64,000 nucleotides of DNA from Macrostomum lignano. Lineage: Eukaryota. Both the position numbers and the translations under genes were made by a program. Shown piece by piece: positions 12,701-24,300 of this stretch. The notes beneath the pieces are model-generated. The model did no database searches, was not told where the DNA came from, and saw only the letters and a program-made list of their open reading frames with translations. Position 1 is the stretch's first letter. Each line of letters begins with the position of its first letter. The stretch lies in NCBI GenBank assembly GCA_002269645.1, contig NIVC01002871.1:62001-126000 (forward strand), given 5' to 3'.

Positions 12701-13821
12701 TCCTCGTACCATAATCCTCAGGTTTTAATCCGCTAGGCAGACGCACTGATTTGGGGTTTGCCACGGAATTTGCGCTCACAAGGGCGACTTCCCAGGGCAA
12801 AATTTGTGCGCACTGGGTGTGATAAATGAGGGTCCGTGGATTTTGTCCGCTGGTTGCAGGTTGACTGTTGCCAGAAGTTGTTCAGAAGCGTCCACTTCAC
12901 ACAAAAACTGCAAAATACATACATATGTATACAATGTTAAAACTCTGAGGAACTGCAACTTCCTTAACGCTGATAGTTAAGCAGAGTTGGCCCTGGTTAG
13001 TAGATCGTACGCAGCTACAGAATTGACTGCTTGCGTCACGCCTCAATCAACGCAGCCACAGTGAAGCGAGTGGCTAAGCTGAGCTACAATTCACGTTGCT
13101 GTGATTGGGTAGCAGCTCTGAGCTGCGGCTAAGCTAGACAGAAGACTTTGGAGCCTGATAAAACAACCTGAACAGCTTGTGAACAAATACGAGTAGGTTG
13201 TATTTTTGCCCTGAGCAGCTCGGAAACCACAGAAAAAAGTGGTATCCTTGTATCCGAAAAAGAAATATATCGCACGGAATCGAACCAGGGATCCTGGCGC
13301 GAGATTCAGACGATTTACCCAGAAATAGTTGATAAATTGGCACAGATGTAGAAAAACAATTCAAAGCTACATGTAGCTATGTGCAGAGCAACTGAAAAAT
13401 CAGCCATGCACTACAAGAATCGTCGGCTTGTTTCCAGTTGGAATCACACGAAAAAACGCTCGGTGCATCGGCTAATTGATTACGTAATCATTGAAAATGG
13501 CCGTCTATAATTAATCTCGCACAATCCAGAAACGGCTCAATTGATTCCCGCGTCCGCAGCAGCAGCACCAGCGCGGAGGACACCGACTGTCGAGACGTCG
13601 AGCCCTGTCCCGCTGTGTTCGCCGAGGTGCTGCCGATCGGGCTGATGAAGGCGGCGCCAGACGCCAGGTCGACGGCTTCGGCTGAGGGCGAAGAGCCGTC
13701 GCCAGGCTCGGCCAGCTGCCTGATTGCTACGCTGACAAGAATGACGGGCAGCCATCAGGGCCGTCTGCTGCAACTCGCCAGCGAAAGCCTCGATGAGCCC
13801 GAGGACAGCGCGACCGGCTGA
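9741..13821 (+). CDS. Hypothetical orphan protein, ~560 aa, Ser/Glu/Pro-rich, likely disordered, 4 exons
   Basis: Exons 9741-9993, 10407-10689, 11811-12665, 13530-13821 (253+283+855+292=1683 nt; phases 1,2,2 all consistent; donor GG|GTGAGC at 12665). No recognisable domain. Confidence 0.6.
10683..11047. repeat. Minisatellite, 49-bp unit that begins at the exon-2 splice donor
   Basis: Unit AAGGTGTGTACTTGCAGTTGACAATTCAAGATTATAAGGGGCCGTTGAT, 8 starts. Confidence 0.95.
11472..11775 (-). mobile_element. tRNA-derived SINE, family A, copy 2
   Basis: Near-identical to the copies at 4586-4941 and 43428-43742. Confidence 0.8.
12943..13003 (+). pseudogene. Degenerate 5S rRNA-like fragment (possible SINE3 head)
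   Basis: AGTTAAGCAGAGTTGGCCCTGGTTAGTA resembles the 5S internal region AGCTAAGCAGGGTCGGGCCTGGTTAGTA (recalled consensus). Confidence 0.45.
13265..13325 (-). pseudogene. tRNA-like fragment (B-box) or SINE head
   Basis: Minus strand GGGTAAATCGTCTGAATCTCGCGCCAGGATCCCTGGTTCGATTCCGTGCG contains GGTTCGATTCC; no complete cloverleaf. Confidence 0.35.
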
Positions 13822-14542
13822 CTATGGCGTCAGTTTTACAACATCGCCTTCAACTTTGGCGTCATTGCATTTGTGACGTCACTTTATCTTTCTGCAGACA
13901 TGTGTAATATATACATGTATGACGTCACATTCACTTTGTGTAACTATGACCTATGAAGTCATCTGGCTTCGTGTAACCAAAACGACCATTTGAATCCATT
14001 AAAAGTTTTAGTAACTATGGCGTCATATTAATCTTCTGCAACCGCGACGTCAATGAATTTTGAGTAATAAAGAAGAAACACTTTATCAACAGAGATTAGT
14101 TGGATTATTTCCGCAGAGAACTTTTAATATCGAGTTCTTTTATACAACAGAGCTTATGCTGTTTGAGAATCTATTTGAAAGCTAAAACAATCGGGCAGGA
14201 AAATAATAGGAACAATACGCATTTTTGAAATAACAAAAGACTATCACTGACAACAGCTGCTAAAGGAAACTCAAAAAAAACATTTATTGCTTGTAAACAC
14301 TAATCCGACGCATTTCAGATGGACGGTAAAATGCAAAAATAGGACGTGACTTGCAAAGTTTTTAGCGTAGGTATACTGCTTGCAAAATGAAAAAAAGTAG
14401 ACGAAGAAGTGCAGAATGTATCAGCAATAGGAATTTTTCGATTATGATTGTGGCTCTATTTAATTCAATAATTAGAAGCAAGCTATGAAAGTAAAACTTC
14501 AATTGGGTAAAAAGAATGCTGATCAATCTGGTTCGGGCCGAG

Positions 14543-15125
14543 AATCACGCGACTGTTGATCAATAGGGTGAGGGTTAGGATCACGTGACTGTTGATCAAT
14601 AGAGTGAGGGTTAGGATCACGTGACTGTTGATCAATAGGGTGAGGGTTAGGATCACGTGACTGTTGATCAATAGGGTGAGGGTTAGGATCACGTGACTGT
14701 TGATCAATAGAGTGAGGGTTAGGATCACGTGACTGTTGATCAATAGAGTGAGGGTTAGGATCACGTGACTGTTGATCAATAGGGTGAGGGTTAGGATCAC
14801 GTGACTGTTGATCAATAGGGTGAGGGTTAGGATCACGTGACTGTTGATCAATAGAGTGAGGGTTAGGATCACGTGACTGTTGGCAAATAGGGTGAGGGTT
14901 AGGATCACGTGACTGTTGGCAAATAGGGTGAGGGTTAGGATCACGTGACTGTTGATCAATAGGGTGAGGGTTAGGATCACGTGACTGTTGATCAATAGGG
15001 TGAGGGTTAGGATCACGTGACTGTTGGCAAATAGGGTGAGGGTTAGGATCACGTGACTGTTGGCAAATAGGGTGAGGGTTAGGATCACGTGACTGTTGGC
15101 AAATAGGGTGAGGGTTGAGATCAGC
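14543..15125. repeat. Minisatellite, 36-bp unit GATCACGTGACTGTTGATCAATAGGGTGAGGGTTAG
   Basis: About 16 copies between the convergent 3' ends of the orphan gene and PITPNM. Confidence 0.95.
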
Positions 15126-15382
15126 AATAGGATCACTTGGCTAAGAAAGTGCTAAAGCATAAAAGCAACAGCTTGCAAAAGATGGTTTGCAGTCCAAAAG
15201 AAGATCTACAATCTAGTATAAAGCGGATTTGTAAAACAGAGAGATAGTAATATAATTGCATAGAAGCAACAGCAGAAATATAATTTGTAGCGATATTATT
15301 AATCACCATAAGTTTAATCAAGCTAGACTCGAAAGTAAATTAGGAAATGCACTGGCAATAATTAACGTATAAAACAAGTTTG

Positions 15383-18300
15383 TCACTTGGTTTTCAACAG
15401 CGAGGCTGCCGGACTGCGCGGCGCCATCAACGGCGAGGAGCCGCGCGGCGAGGCGGCCGGGCCCCGTGCTGTGGCCGCCAGCCGGCTGGGGTCGAGGCGG
15501 GTGCCTCCCAGCGCTGGCGAAGCTGCTGAGGTCGACGCTACCGTCGCCGCCGCCGCCGTCGACGTCGCTGTCGCCGAAGCGAGGCCGAAGCAGCCTCGTC
15601 GGAAGAAGGCGCGGCCAGAGCCGCTGGCCGGGCGGGAGCTCTCATGGCCGGACTGCAGGCTGGCCAAGTGGGCAGCGTAGCCGTCCGTCAGAGGCTGCGG
15701 GATTGGACAGATTCTGACACTTTGATGATCGGGATCTGACACTTTGATGATGGGGATCTGACACTTTGATGATCGGGATCTGACACTTTGATGATGGGGA
15801 TCTGACACTTTGATGATGCAGATCTGACACTTTGATGATGCAGATCTGACACTTTGATGATGCAGATCTGACACTTTGATGATGCAGATCTGACACTTTG
15901 ATGATGCAGATCTGACACTTTGATGATGCAGATCTGACACTTTGATGATGCAGATCTGACACTTTGATGATGCAGATCTGACACTTTGATGATGCAGATC
16001 TGACACTTTGATGATGCAGATCTGACACTTTGATGATGCAGATCTGACACTTTGATGATGCAGATCTGACACTTTGATGATGCAGATCTGACACTTTGAT
16101 GATGCAAATCTTACACTAATTTGATGATGGGAGTTCTGACACTTTGATGATGGAGTTCTGACACTTTGATGATGGAGTTCTGACACTTTGATGATGGAGT
16201 TCTGACACTTTGATGATGGGGATCTGACTATTTTAAGAAGATGGGGATCTGACACTTTGATGATGGGAATCTGACACTTTGATGATGGGGATCTGACTCT
16301 TTGATGATGGGGATCTGACACTTTGATGATGGGGATCTGACACTTTGATCATGGGGGTCTGGCCCTTTTATGGTAGGGATCTGACACTTGATCATGGGGA
16401 CTGACACTTTTACTGATGAAGATCTGATGATCAGTGGGATCTGACACTCTAAGTGGGGATCTGACACTCTAAGCGGGGATCTGACACTCTAAGCGGGGAT
16501 CTGACACTCTAAGCGGGGATCTGACACTCTAAGCGGGGATCTGACACTCTAAGCGGGGATCTGAGACTCTAAGCGGGGATCTGACACTCTAAGCGGGGAT
16601 CTGAGACTCTAAGCGGGGATCTCACACTCTAAGCGGGGATCTGACACTGTAAGCGGGGATCTGACACTCTAAGCGGGGATCTGAGACTCTAAGCGGGGAT
16701 CTGACACTCTAAGCGGGGATCTGACACTCTAAGCGGGGATCTGACACTCTAAGCGGGGATCTGACACTCTAAGCGGAGATCTGAGACTCTAAGCGGGGAT
16801 CTGACACTGTAAGCGGGGATCTGACACTCTAAGCGGGGATCTCACACTCTAAGCGGGGATCTGACACTCTAAGCGGGGATCTGACACTCTAAGCGGGGAT
16901 CTGAGACTCTAAGCGGGGATCTGACACTCTAAGCGGGGATCTGAGACTCTAAGCGGGGATCTCACACTCTAAGCGGGGATCTGACACTGTAAGCGGGGAT
17001 CTGACACTCTAAGCGGGGATCTGAGACTCTAAGCGGGGATCTGACACTCTAAGCGGGGATCTGAGACTCTAAGCGGGGATCTCACACTCTAAGCGGGGAT
17101 CTGACACTGTAAGCGGGGATCTGACAGTCTAAGCGGGGATCTGACACTCTAAGCGGGGACCTGACGATTAGCATAGAACTCACCGTGGCCAGTCCCGCCC
17201 ACTTCCTGCCGCCCCTGCCCACAACGAACACGTGCCTGGCCCCCACAGCCCTGAATGCCGGCACGTCCTTGGCCGAGCCGTAGGCCGCGTGCAGCCGCAG
17301 GCCAGTCTGGGCCGTCAGCCGTTGCAAGCAGGCCGCCTTCTGTCGCATTGCGTCGGCCGACAGTCCGTCGGCAAAGAACAGCATGCCGTGAGGAAAATTG
17401 TGTCTGGCGAGCCAGCCAAGCACCCGGCGCAGCTGCATGTCCGGCCGGGCGGTCACGTACAGCAGCAGGTAGCCCAGGTCCTGCCAGTGCCTGGCCACGT
17501 CCACTGAACCGGGACGGACCTGATGGGCAAGCGAGTCGGGCGTGGTGCCATTTTCCCAAATTATCCCATCTCAACTGGGGAGATTTCTCATGCCATTATC
17601 CCATCTCAACTGGGAGACTTCTCATGCCATTATCCCATCTCAACTGGGAGATTTCTCATGCCATTTCCCATCTCAATCGGGGAGATTTCTCCTGCCATTG
17701 TCTCATCTCAACAGGTGAGATTTCTCCTGCCATTGTCTCATCTCAACAGGTGAGATTTCTCATGCCATTTTCCCATCTCAACTGGGGAGATTTCTCATGC
17801 CATTATCCCATCTCAATCGGGGAGATTTCTCATGCCATTATCCCATCTCAACTGGTGAGATTTCTCATGCCATTATCCCATCTCAATCGGGGAGATTTCT
17901 CATGCCATTATCCCATCTCAACTGGTGAGATTTCTCATGCCATTATCCCATCTCAATCGGGGAGATTTCTCATGCCATTGTCTCATCTCAACTGGTGAGA
18001 TTTCTCAAGCCATTATCCCATCTCAATTGAGCAGAGCACCCATAACAAACGCTTACCTTAGGGTCGCCGCCCATAAGTGACACGCTGGCGGCAAAGGAGC
18101 CATCAATAGAGAAGGCCACGCACTCCGTATTCGGCGGCACAACGGCCAGATTAAGATCGGCGCAGGTGAGATCCGACCTGGCAACCAGTTTTAAGGTGTG
18201 CGAGCCGAGCGGCAGGCGGCGATCGGTGGGCAGAGCGAAGCTCAACTTGCCGTGGCTGTCCGTCCGACCGCTGCCCAGGTAGGTCCAGTCTCCGCTGGGC

Positions 18301-21300
18301 GGCTGGCTCAGCGAGTGGACGTCGATCTGCTCCGAGGGGAGGCGGTGGGTAGGGCAAGGTTGCCTGTTTGCTTTCGCAAATAATTACTTCGAAATTCATT
18401 TCACCCAATCTCTCTTATCTCCCATCTGGCTTATCTCCCATCTGGCTTATCTCCCATCTGGCTTATCTCCCATCTGGCTTATCTCCCATCTGGCTTATCT
18501 CCCATCTGGCTTATCTCTCATCTGGCTTATCTCCCATCTGGCTTATCTCCCATCTGGCTTATCTCCCATCTGGCTTATCTCCCATCTGGCTTATCTCCCA
18601 TCTGGCTTATCTCCCATCTGGCTTATCTCCCATCTGGCTTATCTCCCATCTGGCTTATCTCCCATCTGGCTTATCTCCCATCTGGCTTATCTCCCCTAAT
18701 TCATATATGCTGTCTCATATCTTATCACTTCTCTTTTATCTGCACTCCTTCTAAACCTACTCTGTCCTGTCTCCACTTTACTTACAATTTCATCGGACAG
18801 TGACAGCATGTCCAGCGGTCCGTACATGAACCTGGCTGTCACCACCTGCGATTGGCCCTCCGTCACGATGACGTCATTCGCTCTGTGATTGGCTGTCGCG
18901 TGCTAAAAATAGCAAGATTGGATAAGTTTTATAAAAGCGACTCATAATCGAGTTCTAAGCTGGAGAAGGCTAACCTACCCGGACTACAATAGTAGAAAAG
19001 CTAACAATGCATATAAGCATTTTGTAGCAATCAAATTAGAAACAAATGAAATTAAACAATAGCATGGATTTATAACAATGCCTTTAAATTATGTAACACT
19101 GCTGCGCCTCCCTACCAATGCGATACAACAGTAAAATGTTTTATTGCACAAACAAAAACTACTTTAAAAAATCGTTCTCAAATTGCACTACTTCATCTAA
19201 GTAGTAAGATGCGAATCTTTATTAAAAATGAAAGAATTTTTTTACAACCGGAAGGCCATCAGTATCAGAGTGCTGGACCACTGGTAGCCACGCGACCCAA
19301 ACAAAGACTCATAGAGCTACATATAGACATAAACAACAAAGACGGTGCGCATTTTAATGAGCAGGCGAAGTTAAATTTACCACAGTTTTTGTAATAGCAC
19401 AAAACTCATTCGCTACTCTCGACGCCATAAAACATCGACAAAACAAATAGAATTTTATGGCAGGATAAATCCAACTTGACTACTCATATAGCGATCCTTA
19501 CCACAGTAATATGAGGCAGACAGGCGGACTGGTTTTCATGAAGAGAATTGAGAGAAAAAGTAGGTAGAAAAAATTTACTACTTCTCTACTTCCTACGCTG
19601 ATCAGTAGTCGCACTAGCACACATAAACCATTTAGGAATCAACAGTATAATTTATTCGGGCTTCAAATTTTATTGGCTACTGCCAGTGAAGTGTTTACAA
19701 TAATCGCCCCTCCAGCAAAGACACTCGCCAGTCAAACTTCAAAGGCCGGTTTTTATATAAGCTAAAATACTTAAAAATCGCTTTTTTGTGTCTTATTAAA
19801 TTAGGCAAAAATACTTTACTTACTGCTTATATCAGTAGGCAAATAGGCAACTATCATTATAATACGAGCGTATTTGAAAAATTCATAAAATAAAATTAAA
19901 GTACCTTCAATCGAACCCCGCCAGTCAAGCGTCTTCGAAGGCGTTTCTTTCCAGACGCCGACGCCTCGGAGCCGCCGGCTGACATGAAAGACAGGCCGGC
20001 ACCGGAGTATGGAGTGGGTGTAGTACTTCCCGATTCTCGATCGAGATCAAGCTCTTCATCGCCGACAAGACTGCTGGCAGATTGGTACATCTGTAATCGG
20101 TGAGATCTTCAATCACAATCGAGCTCAAAATGATTCGAGCTATTATAAATGTTTTTAAGAATCAACTGCTCTAACCGATGTAGCTGCCGTGGATGTGCCG
20201 CCCGGATGCCCAGCCGATCCGTAAGGCACATGAATCTGCTGTCGAAGAATAAACGCGGCAGCGTCGGCGCTCTCCCAATAGCTGGCGTGGAACAGCAGTG
20301 GCATAGCGTTGACGGGGAATCTGGTTAGCGAGTCCGGGCAGTGCAGGCTGTAATCCAGCCGCCTGGCGCCCCACCAGCGCTGGCAGACTGCGGGTGCGTG
20401 TCAGGCAGCAATATTATTATTCTACTTTCCTAAATTCAATTGAGTAGCAAGCATTGAAAATGACAGCTATTTTTTAGAGGAGAAGAGCTATCTAAAATTG
20501 TGGTACATTGCAGCACATGATAATAGTGGATGGGGTAGTAAAATCTGTGTGCGGGGCTACAGAGAGGACGGAGGCTTAACCCCCCTCCCCAGGGTGAGAG
20601 GTTGGGGCAAAAAAAATCTGTGTGCGGGGCTACAGAGAGGACGGAGGCTTAACCCCGCAGGGTGAGAGGTTGGGGCAATAAAATCTGTGTGCGGGGCTAC
20701 AAAGAAGTAAACCCCCCAAACAGATAAGCAATACAATCGGAAGGGGTTGGGGTTGCAGAGAAACGACGGGGACAGGTTAAAAGAGCTGATAAAACAAAGT
20801 TGAGTCGAGATTAGCTTAATAGCGTATGTGCCGTGTTTCTTTTCTCAGTTAGTATAGACCACACAAAGTTACTGTCTCACCATCCTGCATGAGCTCCAGT
20901 AGCGAGGCGTCCACTCCGCCACCGCTACAGCCGCTGGAGCCGGAGTTCTGCCGAGATAGCCGGCACCCGATTCGCTCTTGCGCTGTGGCCGGAGGTTGCG
21001 ACGGCGGCGGTGGAGGCGGCGGCGGCGGAGGCGGCTGAAGATGCGATGCCTCTGACTGCAGCAACTCTGGACAGGTGTTCAGCGTCTCAACTAGAGTTAT
21101 GGACTCGGCTAGGTGTTGCAGCTGCATCTGCAACTGAAGCTGGTGCTTCTGCTGTTGCTGCTGATTCTGCGGCAGCAGGCTGCATTTGGGCAGCGAGACC
21201 GGCGCCAACCAGCGAAAGCTTTCGGCTAGCAGCGGTTCCAGCCGGAACGAGCAGGGATCCGTGTTGTGGTAGAGGTTGTACACCTGCTCGCAGGCTGGCC

Positions 21301-24300
21301 GAGCTGCCCGGTATAGGAAGAACAAGATGGGATTAAATGGATTGCTAATTTGCTAGCAATCACGTGGTTAAGGCGGGTAGTAGTCTCTACCCTACCTGCT
21401 TACCTGCCATATCTATCAGGATAGTAGCTATACTGAGCTCCCTGCCGTGTCTATCAGGATAGTAGCTATACTGAGCTCCCTGCCGTGTCTATCAGGATAG
21501 TAGCTATACTGAGCTCCCTGCCATGTCTATCAGGATAGTAGCTATACTGAGCTCCCTGCCATGTCCACCAGGATAGTAGCTATACTGAGCTCCCTGCCAT
21601 GTCTATCAGGATAGTAGCTATATTGAGCTCCCTGCCATGTCTACCAGGATAGTAGCTATACTGAGCTCCCTGCCATGTCTATCAGGATAGTAGCTATACT
21701 GAGCTCCCTGCCATGTCTATCAGGATAGTAGCTATACTGAGCTCCCTGCCATGTCTATCAGAATAGTAGCTATACTGAGCTCCCTGCCATGTCTATCAGG
21801 ATAGTAGCTATACTGAGCTCCCTGCCATGTCTATCAGAATAGTAGCTATACTGAGCTCCCTGTCATGTCTATCAGGATAGTAGCTATACTGAGCTCCCTG
21901 CCATGTCTATCAGGATAGTAGCTATACTGAGCTCCCTGCCATGTTTATCAGGATAGTAGCTATACTGAGCTCCCTGCCATGTCTATCAGGATAGTAGCTA
22001 TATTGAGCTCCCTGCCATGTCTATCAGGATAGTAGCTATACTGAGCTCCCTGCCATGTCTATCAGGATAGTAGCTATACTGAGCTCCCTGCCATGTCTAT
22101 CAGGATAGTAGCTATACTGAGCTCCCTGTCATGTCTATCAGGATAGTAGCTATACTGAGCTCCCTGCCATGTCTATCAGGATAGTAGCTATACTGAGCTC
22201 CCTGCCATGTCTATCAGGATAGTAGCTATACTGAGCTCCCTGCCATGTCTATCAGGATAGTAGCTATACTGAGCTCCCTGCCATGTCTATCAGGATAGTA
22301 GCTATACTGAGCTCCCTGCCGTGTCTATCAGGATAGTAGCTACTAAGCTACCTACCTACGAGTACATGTGGTTAGCAGGTACTGCACAACTTACATCGAT
22401 GCTAGAAAGCAGTAAGCTCGAACTCAAATACTTTCTCGCGACACTATGTACACTATTCACCTTTTAATTCCGAACTCAGTCAGTAGCGAATAATACAGGG
22501 AAGGAAAGGTCTATATAAGTGGGATAATGTGGTCTCTGTAGATTTTTACGTCGCATGGACTTTCCCCAGATTCCCCATGGATTTCCCACGGTTCCACTCA
22601 CGAAGCCTGTCTTGCCCCAGCGCTAGCTGCCGGTAGGTCAACAGCAGAGCCAGCGGACAGCCCAGCAAGAAAAAGTCGGCTACCGGAAAGTCCAAACGAA
22701 TTTGCGTCGAGTTGCTGGAGTCGCCGGCATCATCGGCGTTGTCGGCGTCGGCTTTGGCGGCTACGCTGGCCAGAATGTCGTAGCCGACGATGCCGCCGAT
22801 GCTGTCTCCGATCAGGCACACCTGGGGGTATGGGGTTAGGCGAAGTGGCCAGCCTAGGGTGAGACGGATTCGAAATATAAGAGATGTGCCATAAATTTCA
22901 CTATTAAGTAAGTGATGCATCACTGAGCTGAAATACTTACAGAGTCTGCCAAAAAGCAGTCGAGAGTGGCACCATAGTGACAGAAACATCAACTGAGAGA
23001 GAGATAAAGTCATACATCCTAGCATGAATGATAGGTCTAAGCGTGACAGATACATGTGCATCCGAGAGTGACAGATACATGTGCATCCGAGAGTGACAGA
23101 TACATGTGCATCCGAGAGTGACAGATAAATGTGCATCCGAGAGTGACAGATAACAAAAAACGCACCCTGGCATTGGCAAACTCTTTGCCCTCATCAGTAG
23201 CCAGAAATTCTCGCCGCCTCTCGTTGAGCCGCCGCGCCACGCCAGCCAGTAGGCCCGGATAGTCGGGCGTCGACGTCATCAGTAGCGGCACGGTGGCGAT
23301 CGGCGCGTGATCGAAAGACAGCGCCAGAGAAGCGTCAGCCGACGATCGCTGCAGCCGGTAGTTGTAGGGCGACACCGCCGCTAGGCGTTGCAGCGAGGCG
23401 GCAACCAGAGGCGGCGACGACACCAGTCGGACGGCGAATCGGCCGCGCAGGCGTCGATAGGCCGGCGACGATTGGGCGACAGCGTTGAGGCAGCTGCGCA
23501 GAGTGCTGGCGTCGGCGTGTTTGTTGTGGTACTCGTGGTTGGTGTCAAGCACGCTGCCACCGTGCAGGACTAGAAATAGCACGCGCTGCTGCTGCTGATG
23601 GTGGTGGTGGTGTTGATGGGGCCGCTGGTGCGGAAGCTCCTGTGGCGGCGGTGGAGGCGGCGGCGGCGGCGGTGGCCCGGGCGAGGTGAGCGTCGAGGAC
23701 CGGCTGTTAACGAGGGTGTAGCTGCTGGCACAGGTGGCAAAGGAGGCCGTCTCGGCGATCTCGGAGCGGGCGTCGAAGTATTCGTCGGAGATGGACAGGG
23801 CGTCGAATTCAGGGTCGGCGTCCGACTGAGCATCGACTGCGACGTGTACTGTTGCTATGCGGGGTAGGCAACGGTATGTAGGGGTGGGTGTTTTTTTTCT
23901 GCCTGCTAGCGGCGGGCGAATAGGCAATGCTACCGGTCCTAGCGAATCTATTTCCGCGGAATTTCAGGCAGTCCTGTTTTACTCCTTCGTCGTAGAGCGA
24001 TTCAAAATACGGATATTCATTCTCTGAGCAACCCAAATTTAAGTCTTGATCCTCTGAGCCATTTTCCATTTTAGAAATTTCCATCAGATAAACCTAGTTT
24101 AGGACAATCGTCCTCTGCTTAATCTCGTCGTTGAGACACCCGTCCTCTAAGTAACCTCATTTGAGACACTAGTCCTCTGAGTAACCTCATTTGAGACACT
24201 CGTCCTCTGAGTAACCTCATTTGAGACACTCGTCCTCTGAGTAACCTCATTTGAGGCACTCGTCCTCTGAGTAACCTCATTTGAGACACTCGTCCTCTGA

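Noticed and set aside
13537-13830. Minus-strand reading as an additional PITPNM exon
   Set aside because: PITPNM already stops at 15383; the plus-strand frame fits the orphan gene's phase exactly.
14483-15136. 217-aa ORF of NSHVILTLTL repeats
   Set aside because: Translation of a 36-bp minisatellite; it stays open only because the unit is a multiple of 3 and lacks stops.
23900-24084. Acidic ORF ([28 protein letters not shown]) in PITPNM intron 5 as an extra exon
   Set aside because: No acceptor in the phase needed to join the flanking exons.
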